Positions 40,572-50,938 of a stretch of DNA of 64,000 nucleotides are shown here, piece after piece (position 1 is the stretch's first letter; the number at the start of each line of letters is the position of its first letter). The notes beneath the pieces were generated by a model. The model saw nothing but the letters and a program-made list of their open reading frames with translations, searched no databases and was not told the DNA's origin. A program made the translations under genes and the position numbers. Source of the stretch: an uncultured delta proteobacterium (GTDB lineage Bacteria > Desulfobacterota > Binatia > Binatales > Binataceae); contig CAVXXK010000006.1 in assembly GCA_963765675.1 (NCBI GenBank), positions 256,001-320,000 of the forward strand, read 5' to 3'.

Positions 40572-42448
40572 GACGCACCTCGGAGATTGGCGTGCCGGCA
40601 GTCTCGAGGCCGTCCCCCGGCTCGATTTTTCCTGCCGTGATTCGGAACGAGCGGTCCGCACGCGCCGCGGTAGTACGCCGATGGGTCACGACGATCGCCA
40701 TCCTGCGCCGCGGCGCCTCGGCAATCCATTCGCGAACCCCGAGCATCACACTCTCTTCGGTTGTGGCGTCCAGCGCCGAGGTCGGCTCGTCCAGCATCAG
40801 GATCGGCGCGTCGCGCAGCAGCGCGCGCGCAAGTCCGATGCGCTGTGCCTGCCCGATCGAAAGCTTTGAACCTTTCTCGCCGAGCACGGTCGCAAGACCG
40901 GCTGGAAGTGAGCGGACGAAATCGGTCAAACCTGCGCGCCGGATAGCGGCCGTGATTTCCGCCTCGGACGCATCGACCCGTCCGTAGGTTACGTTGTCGC
41001 GGACGCTGGCGGTGAAGAGCGGGTTCTCCTGCAGCGCGACCGACAGAAATCCGCGCCACGCGACCAGGTCAAATTCGCGCAGCAGCGTGCCGTCGAGCGT
41101 GATCCGTCCAGACGACGGTTCATAGAATCGCAGGAGCATAGCGATGATCGTGCTCTTGCCGGCGCCGCTCGGTCCGGCCAGCACCGTGATCTCGCCGACC
41201 CGGGCCTCGAACGTCACGCCCGACAGAACTGGCGCGGCCGTATCGTAGCCGAAGCTCACGTCTTCGAACGCGAGCGTTTGAGGGGAAGCGGGTGGAAGAC
41301 GATCGCCGCTTAAGATTTTTTCCTCCGGCGGCATCGCGATCATCTCGAGCACGCGCGCCATCGCGACCGCTACGTCCTGCAGGCTGCCCCAGCGGTTGGC
41401 GAGCCGGCGCATCCGGTTGCTCATTCCCGCGAAGACCCCGAGCGAACCCTGGAAGAAGCCCAGCGAGACCGCGGCGCGGACAAACCCCACGGTGCCGCCG
41501 TGCAGGACTTCGCGCGCGCCGATGTATAGCGCGGCGACATACGCGAGGCCGCGCGTCGTGTTGTTCCACACGCGGTAGCGCGCGAACATCAGGCGGGCGT
41601 GGCGCGCGGCGACGAATGCGTTCCAGTTGTCGGTGGCGTAACGGCCGCTCTCGAATTGCTCCTGCCCGAAGGCTTTGACCGCCTTGATCGACGAGAGCGT
41701 TTCCTCGATTCGCGAGGTAGCCTGCGACTCCGCTTCGCGTGCGGCGCGAAAGGCGGGTCGCAGATGGTTTCCGTAGAACCATGCGAATGCGAAATCGACC
41801 GGGAGCAGGATGAGCGCGATACAGCCCATCGCTCCGTTAAACATGAACAGCCACACGAAATTGGCAAGCGCATACGGCAGGAAGCGAATCGGTTCGATCA
41901 CCAGGCCGTCGATCACCTGCGGAATCGCGGCGGAGTCCTGAAACATCCGGAAGATTGCGTCGCCGATTTTTTCTTCAGAATGAAAGCGCAGGCTGAGCTC
42001 CTGCAGACCGCGCGTACAGATTGACGCGAAACAGATTCGAGATCCTCTGCAGAATCCAGACCGCGTAACCGAGCATCAGCGCACCGTATGGAGCCCCAAT
42101 TGCGGTTGCGATTCCCGAGGCGATACACGCGTGCCACAGGATCACCTGGCGCGAGGACCGCGGCGCAACCCTCAGCATCCACGCTTCGCCTGGCGTGAGA
42201 TGCTTGCCGTGTCCGACGACGTCGAAGAGCACGCGCACCATGTGCAGCGCGAAAAGGCCGACCGGCAACGCGGGAATCATCATGAGGAATAGGAACACCA
42301 GATGACGGCGGTAGGGGCGGATGAACGGCCACGCGCGGCCGAGCAGACGAAACACGTCGCGCGAAGTTAGATTCCGGGGTTGTGCGAATGCAATTTCATC
42401 GATCGGTGGCGGAGTGATTGCCGCCGCGATGTCGAATGGGTCTGCCAT
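40564..42448 (-). CDS. ABC exporter, fused permease/ATPase; frameshifted near 42007
   Basis: Removing one base joins ORF 41975..42583 (..NLYAR) to LQELSLRFHSEEKIGDAIFRMFQD. GPSGAGKST, LSIGQ, LMLDEPT. Confidence 0.88.
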
Positions 42449-42558
42449 CTGCAATCCACCGACGATGATAACCGTCGCCGAAGTGGCCCGTAAAGACGCG
42501 TGCGTGCTAACCTCGCGTCGCGCTCCCCGCACGCAAATCACTGCACCAGGAGTCCACG

Positions 42559-43365
42559 ATGCCAGCGGTAAATTTCGAGACACGCAATCATATCGCCTAC
42601 CTCACTCTCAACCGGCCCGAGGTTCACAACTCGTTCAATCCCGAAACGATCGTGCGACTGGGCGAAGCGTGGCAGCAGATCAGCACCGACGACGACGTGC
42701 GCGCCGTGATTATCACCGGCGCGGGCAAAGTCGCGTTCTCGGCCGGCGCTGATTTGGGCAAACTCATTCCGCTCTTCACCGGCGCGCGCAAACCGGCCGA
42801 CGAATGGGACGAAAAGCTCCTGGCGAACCGCAAACTGGGCGACGCCGCGCTGCTGCGCAATTTTAATCTCGACAAGCCGGTCATCGCGGCGGTCAACGGC
42901 TTCTGTATCGCCGGTGGGATGGAACTGATCCAGGCGACGGATCTGCGCGTCGCCTCGGACAACGCGAGCTTCGGCCTGCAGGAGGTCAAGTGGGCGATCA
43001 TCCCGGCGGCGGGATCGCTCGCGCGCCTGCAGCGCCAGATTCCTTACTGCAAGGCGATGGAAATCCTGCTGACTGGAAATCGCATCGATGCGCAGGAGGC
43101 GTGGCGGCTCGGCCTGGTCAACTATGTCGTCACGCCCGACAAGCTGATGGCGAAGGCCGAGGAACTGGCCGCGACGATCGCCGCCAACGGCCCGCTCGCA
43201 GTGCGCAAGATCAAAGAGGCGGTGCGGCGCACGTCGGGACGGCCGCTGGAAGAAGCATTCAAGATCGAGAACGAATGCGCGCGCGAGGTGATGCGCTCCG
43301 AAGATGCCAAGGAAGGCCCGCGCTCATTCATGGAGAAGCGCAAGCCCGTCTACAAAGGGCGCTGA
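42559..43365 (+). CDS. Enoyl-CoA hydratase/isomerase family
   Basis: LNRPEVHN, AFSAGADL, AVNGFCIAGGME, FGLQE, FMEKRKP. Confidence 0.92.
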   Translation: MPAVNFETRNHIAYLTLNRPEVHNSFNPETIVRLGEAWQQISTDDDVRAVIITGAGKVAFSAGADLGKLIPLFTGARKPADEWDEKLLANRKLGDAALLRNFNLDKPVIAAVNGFCIAGGMELIQATDLRVASDNASFGLQEVKWAIIPAAGSLARLQRQIPYCKAMEILLTGNRIDAQEAWRLGLVNYVVTPDKLMAKAEELAATIAANGPLAVRKIKEAVRRTSGRPLEEAFKIENECAREVMRSEDAKEGPRSFMEKRKPVYKGR

Positions 43366-43375
43366 GTTTGATCCT

Positions 43376-44380
43376 CTATGCGCCGGCGAGCGCGCGCATC
43401 GTCGCGGTGTAGTCGCGCGTGAAGGTCGCCGCCGGTCCGATCGGAAACACCACCGGATGGGTCACGCCCGCGGCGCGGAAGCGTGCGATAAATTCGCGTC
43501 CCATGTCCGCGGATCCGAACGCCGCGATTTTGGTCGCATTGGCGTCGCTGATCGCGCCCGGAGCCTCGTCGCGCTTGCCGAGCTGCCACAGCCTGCGCAC
43601 CTCGGCGAATTCGTCCTTGAGTCCGTAGCGCGCGAACATCTTGTTGTAGCTGTCGACGAACGCGTAGCCCGCGAGCTCGCGCTTGAATGACTGAACCGCC
43701 TTGTCCACGTCGGGCGTGATACACATGCGCGCGTAGATTCCGATATCGACACTTCCCGGTGCGCGGCCAGCCTGCGCTTCGCCGGCGCGAATCTCCGCGA
43801 TCATCGGCGCCACCGCGTCGGGCGGCGAGTAGTTCATCAGCACGCCGTCGGCGATTTCGCCCGCCAGCCGCAGCATCGGCGCGTTCAGCACCGCGAGATA
43901 AATCCGTGGCGGGCGCGGCGCGCTGATTCGCATGCCGAGCCGGAAATCGGACTTGTAGATTTCGCCCTGAAACTTCGAGCGCCCCTCGGTGAAGAGCTGG
44001 CGCATGATCGTCACGCACTCGCGCATCGCGGTGACCGGCTTGCGGTACGCCAGTCCGTGCCATCGCTCGACGATCACCGGGCTCGACACGCCCAGCCCCG
44101 CTATCGCACGGCCCTGCGAGTATTCGTTAATCGTCAGAAAGCTCATCGCCATCGCGCCCGGAGTACGAATCTGGATCGGGATCACACCGGTTGAGAGATC
44201 GACCTTGCTGGTGTTGAGTGCGAGCGCGCCAAGGCTGACCAGCGCGTCGGGGCCGGAAACCTCGGCCACCCACAGCGACGAATAACCAAGCTCCTCGGCC
44301 TCTTTGGCAACGGCGAGGCGTTCGCGGACGGGGCCGCTACCGAGCGAAATTTGCAGTCCAAGTTTTGCGGGATCGGACAC
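43376..44380 (-). CDS. LLM-class flavin/F420-dependent oxidoreductase
   Basis: AEELGYSSLWVAE, GRAIAGLGVS, MLRLAGEIADGV. Confidence 0.88.
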   Translation of the reverse strand: MSDPAKLGLQISLGSGPVRERLAVAKEAEELGYSSLWVAEVSGPDALVSLGALALNTSKVDLSTGVIPIQIRTPGAMAMSFLTINEYSQGRAIAGLGVSSPVIVERWHGLAYRKPVTAMRECVTIMRQLFTEGRSKFQGEIYKSDFRLGMRISAPRPPRIYLAVLNAPMLRLAGEIADGVLMNYSPPDAVAPMIAEIRAGEAQAGRAPGSVDIGIYARMCITPDVDKAVQSFKRELAGYAFVDSYNKMFARYGLKDEFAEVRRLWQLGKRDEAPGAISDANATKIAAFGSADMGREFIARFRAAGVTHPVVFPIGPAATFTRDYTATMRALAGA

Positions 44381-44587
44381 AGAATTCTCCTGGAACTCCT
44401 GAGACTTGATGGAGTCCCGCGATTGTCGCGCGAACTCTCCGAGGCCGCAAGCTGACGCTCGAGCGTTCTGGACGAAAGCTGGCGCATCTTATAAGAGAGC
44501 AGTCGCGCAAGGGTAAAGGGGCGTCCCGCATCGAATCCTTTCGCGGGACGCGATCGTACTAGAAGATAGAAGACCGTCGAGGCGAAT

Positions 44588-46277
44588 ATGACCAGGATCA
44601 AAACCATCCTAGCCACCACCGCGATTTTGGTTGCTTTCGCTGTACCGGCTTTCGCGCAATACCAACCGTGGCCGACTCCGTTTCCATCCGCTCCCAACTG
44701 GGGCGACTACGATCAGAGCCACACTTGGCGCGGCGCCGATTGGTGGTGGAACAATAATCCTGCCTGGGTGCGCGCGCACGATCCTGACTGGTGGGGCGAC
44801 TGGGACGATTCGCACGTATGGCGTCCGGCGTCGTGGTGGTGGGAGAACAATCCCGGATGGGTTCGTGCGCATCATCCGGAATGGTGGGGCGATTTCTACC
44901 AGGGCAAATGGTACCCGGCCGGATGGTGGTGGCAGAATCAGCGCGAATGGGCCGCTACGCATCATCCGGAATGGTGGGGCGACTTTGACGGACAGACGTG
45001 GCATCCGGCGCAGTGGTGGTGGATGACGCGCGCGGACTGGGCGCGAGCGCATCATCCGGAGTGGTGGGGCGATTCATGGGAGAACATCTGGTATCCCGCC
45101 GATTGGTGGTGGCAACTCCAACCCGATTGGGCGCGGGCGCATCACCCGGAATGGTGGGGCGACTATTGGCAGGGCACGTGGTACCCGGCCGGATGGTGGT
45201 GGCAGAACCAGCGCGACCTGTGCGAGAAAAATCATCCTGACTGGTGGGGCGCCTTCGACGATCAACACTTCTGGCGGCCCGCCGGATGGTGGTGGCAGAA
45301 CCACGCCGACTGGTGCGAAAAGAATCATCCAGACTGGTGGGGCGCGTTTGATCAGCAGCGCGTCTGGCGTCCTGCTGGATGGTGGTGGGACAACGATCCC
45401 GCGTGGGCACGCCAGAATCATCCTGACTGGTGGGGAGACTACGACGCTCAGCACGTATGGCGTCCGGCGTCGTGGTGGTGGGAGCATAATCCGGAGGAGG
45501 CTCGCGCCAATCACCCCGACTGGTGGGGCGATTTCGACGACAAGCATGTCTGGCACGCCGACGAATGGTGGCAGGCGCGCGATCCAAAGTGGGCCGCGCA
45601 GCATCATCCCGAATGGATCGGCGACTACGACGACAAGCATGTGTGGCACGACGTGAATTGGTGGGCCGCGAAAGATCCGGCCGAAGCGCGGACACGCCAT
45701 CCCGACTGGACGCCGCAACTAAGCCACGCGCTCGACCGCCAGCACCTGCAGGATCAGACCGCGTTGCAGCGCCAGCATACCAACCAGTTACGAGATCTCG
45801 AGACCCAGCAGACCGAGCAGCGCAACAACGAAGAACGCGCGCGTAACGAACAGCTACGCGCAATCGAGCAAAAGCATCAGCAGCAGGTTGACGCGCTCGA
45901 GCGCCAGCACGTGCAGGAGTCGGCGCAGCAGACCAAGCGCCAGCAGCAGGCGGCTGACGCGGAGCAGAGGCGCAACGACGCGGAGTCGGACGCATCAGGA
46001 CCAAATCGCTGCCTTGCAGCGGCAGCATCAGCAGCAACTCCAGCAGTATCAGCGCCAGCGCGCGCAGCAGGAAAACGCGTCGCGCGACGCGAGAGTCCGC
46101 GCCCGGCAGACGCTGCTGGAGCAGCACGCGCGGGAAACCTCGGCGCTGGAGCAGAAGCATGCCGAGCAGATGAGATCATTCGGGTCGCGCGCCGAGGCGC
46201 GTCCGGCCGAGCCGCGCGCCAGATCGAATCCTCCTGCCGAAAGACGGGAGGTCCCGCCTGCGCGCGACAAGCGCTAG
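44588..46277 (+). CDS. Secreted Trp/His-rich tandem-repeat protein with Gln-rich coiled-coil tail; probable frameshift near 45987
   Basis: GAGG RBS, signal peptide ending AFA|Q, 11 repeats. The Q/E/R-rich tail continues in the +1 frame to a stop at 46277; the uncorrected ORF runs to 46387. Confidence 0.85.
44693..45700 (+). repeat. Intragenic tandem repeat, 11 x 90-93 bp
   Basis: Recurrent CATCCGGAATGGTGGGGCGA and TGGTGGTGG. Amino-acid consensus P[DE]WWGD[FY]DxxxxW[RYH]PAxWWWxNxPxWARxHH. Confidence 0.92.
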
Positions 46278-46344
46278 CTTATGAGGATCGCCGGGCGGGG
46301 CAATCAGATCCCGCTCGGCATTTAACTCGACGCCGTCCTTCTGA

Positions 46345-47205
46345 TCAGCTGAAGTTGGGCGAGCCGAGCGTTCCGCCCAGCGAATAGGGCGCGGTACCCG
46401 GTGGATGCGGCAGGAAGTTCAAGAGAAAGCGCAGCTTCATTCGCGCGGCCGCCGACGGTACCAGCGTGAAATGCAGCGCGAGCGCGCTGTCCCGCCACGC
46501 GGGCGCGAGCTTGATCGCGCCGCTGCCGTTGATCGCCAAGTCACCGCCGGAGGTCTTGAGGCTCGTGATCGAAAGCACGCCCTTTTCGAGCTTCAGCGTC
46601 GCGTCGAGCGCGCCCAGGTCGAGCAGCGGCATCGGTATTCTGAGGCGTCCGGAAAAGTTGGTTGCGCGAAGATGAATCGTTCCTGAGTCCAAGTTGGGAT
46701 CGTCAGGCATCACCAGCATAGAGCCCGTAGCGTCGAGGCTCCCGCCCAGCATCGCGCCGAGCGCGTGCAGGGCTTCGTAGCTGTTCAGATCGACCTTGTC
46801 GGCCGAAAATTTGAGCGCGGTGCCGGAACCGCTGCGATGCGCCGTAATCCTGATCGTTCCCTGGTAGGCGTCCGCGCTCGCGCGGATTCCGGGCCGAAGC
46901 AGCAAAATCGAGAGCAGAGCCGGTGCGATATGCACACTGTCGCTTTCGAATAGCGGGACCGCTCCGGGAGTGTAAGGCGCGATTCTGACTTGCGAGAGTT
47001 TTGCGCCAATTGGAATTGCCAGGCGTTGTCCGCCCGAGCTCACCCGCAGGCCCATCGGCGCCAGCACCGCGGAGAATGCGCTCGCATAGGGGAAGCTCGC
47101 GAACAGGAAGAAAAAGAACAGCACCACCCCCGTTGCAAGGTAGCCCGACTCGAGCCGATGCGTGCGCCAATACTCGAAGGTGAGGAGCTCTCTGAATTCA
47201 GGCAT
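46345..47205 (-). CDS. gspN: Type II secretion protein GspN-like
   Basis: N-terminal TM ending FPY, beta-rich body, LGGTLGSP C-terminus. Last gene of the gsp operon. Confidence 0.75.
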   Translation of the reverse strand: MPEFRELLTFEYWRTHRLESGYLATGVVLFFFFLFASFPYASAFSAVLAPMGLRVSSGGQRLAIPIGAKLSQVRIAPYTPGAVPLFESDSVHIAPALLSILLLRPGIRASADAYQGTIRITAHRSGSGTALKFSADKVDLNSYEALHALGAMLGGSLDATGSMLVMPDDPNLDSGTIHLRATNFSGRLRIPMPLLDLGALDATLKLEKGVLSITSLKTSGGDLAINGSGAIKLAPAWRDSALALHFTLVPSAAARMKLRFLLNFLPHPPGTAPYSLGGTLGSPNFS

Positions 47206-47842
47206 TGTGACCGAGCGCGACGCAGGTGATATCGACGTCGTAGGAATGAGTGTCCTGGGTGCGGCGCTGGATGCGCAAGTTCTCGACCCCGACCGGCACC
47301 GGCATCGTGCGCACGGAGTAGAGCGCGTCCACGATTTGCGCCAGGCTCACGTTCTCGAGCTTCAACTGTACGCTGTATTGCACCAGGCCGTCGGAGAGCT
47401 TCTTGTCCTCGGCCGGAGTGATCGAGGAAATCTTGCCGCGGCCGACGCTTTTGGTGAACGACGCTTCCACCACTGAAAACAGCGAGAAGTCCCTGCCTTG
47501 CGGAACGGTGCTGTGCTCGGCGCTTTCGAGGTCGGCCTTGACCGCCGCGTAGTTTGCCGCCAGATGCCGTACGCTGCCCAAGTCGTGTTCGCGCTCGGCT
47601 AGCCGCTGGTCGAGGCCCGAGTCGAAATCGACGATCGGAGAGTAGACGAGGTTATAAAGCAGGAAGATCGCGACCAACGCGGCGCCGATTTGAACCAGCA
47701 CGCGCTCGCGGGTCTCGAGCTTCTGATAACGCGCGCGGCTCTGCGCAATCAGCGGGTCGACCCGGTCGCGCAGTTGATCGATCTGCGGTCCGAGCGTCGC
47801 GCGGATCCACGCTTCGAGCTTTTGTATATATTCGCGCAGCAT
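47198..47842 (-). CDS. gspM: Type II secretion protein GspM
   Basis: LETRERVLV plus TM segment, coiled coil and ferredoxin-like C-terminus. Follows gspL. Confidence 0.8.
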   Translation of the reverse strand: MLREYIQKLEAWIRATLGPQIDQLRDRVDPLIAQSRARYQKLETRERVLVQIGAALVAIFLLYNLVYSPIVDFDSGLDQRLAEREHDLGSVRHLAANYAAVKADLESAEHSTVPQGRDFSLFSVVEASFTKSVGRGKISSITPAEDKKLSDGLVQYSVQLKLENVSLAQIVDALYSVRTMPVPVGVENLRIQRRTQDTHSYDVDITCVALGHNA

Positions 47843-47846
47843 CGCT

Positions 47847-49313
47847 TCAGTCGGCTCCGCCGTCCGAGTCTTTGAAGTCCGCACTCATTCGGAACTCGAC
47901 CTTGCTTGCGTCCTCGCCGGCGCGCGCGTGGGTGACCTCGATCGCGCCGAAATTGCCGCCCAGGTCGAGCGCGTGCTTGACCTCGTCAACCGAGGTGAAC
48001 GAATCGGCAAGTCCGGTCACGCGGAGTCCCGTGGCGTCGATTTGTACGTCTTCCAACTGGACGGGCAGGCGCTTGGGAATCGCGTCGGAGAGCGCGCGCA
48101 GCGTCTCGAGCGGCGAGTTGCGCGCGACGTTTCCGCCGATCAGGCGCAGGCGCTTGTTCATCGAGGCGATACCGCTGCGCAACTCCCGCATCGGATCGGC
48201 GGGGTTGCTTTCGCCCAATACAGGACCGGCGATCGCGGCTATCTGCGAGTCGAGCACGCTCAGGCGATGCAGCTTGCCGATCACTCCTGAAGCGAAATTC
48301 AGTAGAATCAGAAACACCACGCAGGCGGCGAGGATCGCGGGAGTGTAGAACGGTGTCAGGTCGCCGCGCGTGCTTCCACGAAAGGCGAAGGCCGCCTGGC
48401 GGAAGTTCAGCAACGCCACCGGCTTGGTCGGCAGCTCCCCCACCAACATCGCGATCGTGGTGCCGAAGCGCGTGATATCGGGCCGCGTACCGCCGAACAT
48501 CGCCGAGCAATCAAACTCGCGCGCCTCGCGCGGAACCAGAGCAACCGCTTCCGCCAGCATTGCCTTGACCCTTGGCATCGCGGCTCCCGCTCCGGTGATG
48601 ATCAGGTCTCCACCTTCGAGTTCGGCGGCATGCGCCAGCATCGTTTGCCGCAGAGCGTTGACGACCGGGGTAGCCTGCGCGGGCGTGGGCGCTGCGCCGT
48701 CCGCGTTGATCAACCCGCCGCCAACGGTTCGCATCACGCGCGGAATTCCCTCGACATCGAGCAGCACCATCGAGGTCGAATCCTGCTCAGCTTCGACCAC
48801 CAGGTGCGGCGTCGGACGCGTGCCGTTGCGCGCCCGCGAGAACATCGCGGCCAGAGCGTAGGGCGCGAGCGTCACGGTCTTGGGGTCGAGACCCGCGCGG
48901 GCAAGCAACTCCAGATGATGCTGCATCTCCTGTTTGCGCGCGAATGCGGCCAGCACCAGCGACCTGTCGCCGTCAGTGCCCAGGCGCGTGAACGCGATGA
49001 CAGCTCCATCGACCGGGAACGGCAGATGCTCTTCGAGCGCGAACGGAACCACCTGATGCAGCCGGCGCAAATCGCCGAACGGCAACTCGAGAATTCTTTT
49101 GGTGACCGCCTCTGAAGGGAGCGCGGAGATCAGGATATCGGGGCGCCCGGATTTCTCGGTCAGGCGCAACAACGCCGGCACGACATCGGTCTCGTCGGGC
49201 TGCTGATGGGCTTCAAAAACGCCGACGAAATCGAACGTATTCCAGGTGCGATTCGCGGCTGCGGCGCGTACCCGTTCTCCGGCGATCTCGAGAGCAATAA
49301 TACGCTGAGGCAT
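47847..49313 (-). CDS. gspL: Type II secretion protein GspL (PilM/PilN-like)
   Basis: Actin-like N-domain (LPF..VVPFALEEHLPF, IITGAGA), LNFRQ, TM segment, PilN-like C-domain. Confidence 0.8.
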   Translation of the reverse strand: MPQRIIALEIAGERVRAAAANRTWNTFDFVGVFEAHQQPDETDVVPALLRLTEKSGRPDILISALPSEAVTKRILELPFGDLRRLHQVVPFALEEHLPFPVDGAVIAFTRLGTDGDRSLVLAAFARKQEMQHHLELLARAGLDPKTVTLAPYALAAMFSRARNGTRPTPHLVVEAEQDSTSMVLLDVEGIPRVMRTVGGGLINADGAAPTPAQATPVVNALRQTMLAHAAELEGGDLIITGAGAAMPRVKAMLAEAVALVPREAREFDCSAMFGGTRPDITRFGTTIAMLVGELPTKPVALLNFRQAAFAFRGSTRGDLTPFYTPAILAACVVFLILLNFASGVIGKLHRLSVLDSQIAAIAGPVLGESNPADPMRELRSGIASMNKRLRLIGGNVARNSPLETLRALSDAIPKRLPVQLEDVQIDATGLRVTGLADSFTSVDEVKHALDLGGNFGAIEVTHARAGEDASKVEFRMSADFKDSDGGAD

Positions 49314-49325
49314 CTGAACCCGTCG

Positions 49326-50279
49326 CTAATCTTCCTGCCAGGACATAAGCGTTGCGGTCCCGTTGCCCTGCCGACGGAAAGTCGAGTACACCAGTTTTCT
49401 CGACCCAGCGAAAGTACCCATCGCGCTGATGGTAAAGAAGCTGCTCTTGGTGGTTACGACTTGCATGAGCTGCTGCGAAATCGCGCCCAGATCGGGCAGG
49501 TTTCCGATGTCCGTGACGTTGGTAAACGGCGTCAGCATCCGCGCCGCGACGATCTCTTTGACCATCTTGGGATCGTCCATGAGCTGCGGCAGCAGCGAGG
49601 CCAGAACCTCCGGCGGCGCGGTATTGGCGTTTACAACAGGCTCGGGATAGACGGTCACGAATGGAAGCAGGGTGTTGAAGGTTGCTTCATCGATACCCTT
49701 AATCAGGCGCAAGTCGCCTATCGTCGGCATCATGTTGTTGCGCGGAGAGTAGGGCGGCACCAGGCGCATGTAAAAGTCCATTCCAGCGCCGCCCGGTGAC
49801 TCGATGTTAGCAGGATTGATCCAGTCGGCGATGGCTGGAACGAGCTGAGGCGAGACTCCCAGGATCGTGAACAGCCGCACCAGCTGCTCCGCCAGAGGTT
49901 CGTTCAATTTTCCGTTCTGCTGGTTGATGAGCTGATTCAAATCAACCTTGCGCGCTTCATCGACGATAGACAAAGAGACCTTGCCGCCGTCCACGTCGAT
50001 CGGCGGAAACGGCACCGCCCACACGTCCGTCAGCGCGTCATACGGAGTCTGGCTCAACGAATCCGTGCGTGAGTCCTCAGCCAAAAGGCCGAGTCCGACC
50101 GAGACCGCCGAGCGCGCAAGATAGTACGCGCGCAACTCGTTGGTCTGATTGGCGGCGGACAGGTAGTTCAGCGCGGCGGCGGTGCTGAAATCGACGATGA
50201 TCAATGTCATCAGTGCGATACCCATCAGCACGACCAGCAGCGCGATGCCGCGCTCGCTTTTTTTGAGCTGCTTCACCAT
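49326..50279 (-). CDS. gspK: Minor pseudopilin GspK
   Basis: ERG|IALLVVL, DEARKVDLN, IADWI, LRLIKG, VNANTAP. Confidence 0.9.
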   Translation of the reverse strand: MVKQLKKSERGIALLVVLMGIALMTLIIVDFSTAAALNYLSAANQTNELRAYYLARSAVSVGLGLLAEDSRTDSLSQTPYDALTDVWAVPFPPIDVDGGKVSLSIVDEARKVDLNQLINQQNGKLNEPLAEQLVRLFTILGVSPQLVPAIADWINPANIESPGGAGMDFYMRLVPPYSPRNNMMPTIGDLRLIKGIDEATFNTLLPFVTVYPEPVVNANTAPPEVLASLLPQLMDDPKMVKEIVAARMLTPFTNVTDIGNLPDLGAISQQLMQVVTTKSSFFTISAMGTFAGSRKLVYSTFRRQGNGTATLMSWQED

Positions 50280-50908
50280 ACGGCAATCGACATCGGCAGC
50301 ATCACCTGGGTCGAGAAGCGCAGGTCGCGCCCGTTGGGTGCGGCCATGTCGAGATTGATCGAGACCGCGATCGGAAGCTGGTTGCCGGGAGAGAGGATGT
50401 CAGAGTTCCAGGTATCGCCCCATTGATTGCCATCGAAATAGCGCATCCTGAGCGACAAGACGTTGTCCGCAAGAATGATCGGCGTGGACGCCCCTCCGGT
50501 CGCGAGGCCGCTGCGCTGCGTTCGCTCGAGGATCATCCATCCGCGATGCGACGGGTTCTGGACCAGAGAGTAGGTGACGATATCTTCCGGACTAAAGCCG
50601 GCCAGCGCGCGGCGATGGGCCGCGTCGAGGGTCGAGATCGAGATCGAATTGGCCGCGGACCCGGCGATGAACTGGTCGATGCCGTGGAGCATCACGCGGC
50701 TTTGCGCGGCGGGCGTCTGCACCGCGCCGCGGATCTCGCTGGTCAGCTCCCAGATAATCGAACGGCCGGCACGGTCGGCCCACATTCGTCCCTCAGCGTG
50801 CATCTTGCTGGCGGCGACCGCGTGAAACGAGCTCGCCATCATCGCCATGATGATCGCCAGAATCGCGACTGCGAGCATCATCTCGATCAGCGTGAATCCG
50901 CGCGCCAT
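50273..50908 (-). CDS. gspJ: Minor pseudopilin GspJ
   Basis: RG|FTLIEMMLA, LRMRYFDG..W..W..LPIAV. Confidence 0.85.
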   Translation of the reverse strand: MARGFTLIEMMLAVAILAIIMAMMASSFHAVAASKMHAEGRMWADRAGRSIIWELTSEIRGAVQTPAAQSRVMLHGIDQFIAGSAANSISISTLDAAHRRALAGFSPEDIVTYSLVQNPSHRGWMILERTQRSGLATGGASTPIILADNVLSLRMRYFDGNQWGDTWNSDILSPGNQLPIAVSINLDMAAPNGRDLRFSTQVMLPMSIAVW

Positions 50909-50938
50909 GCGGCGCGATTGATTGTTGGCGGATCCGGA

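Noticed and set aside
44693-45700. Regularly spaced ~20-bp DNA repeats resembling a CRISPR array
   Set aside because: The period is 90-93 bp and in frame, the repeats vary at synonymous positions, the 'spacers' are mutually homologous, and no cas genes are present. It is a protein repeat.
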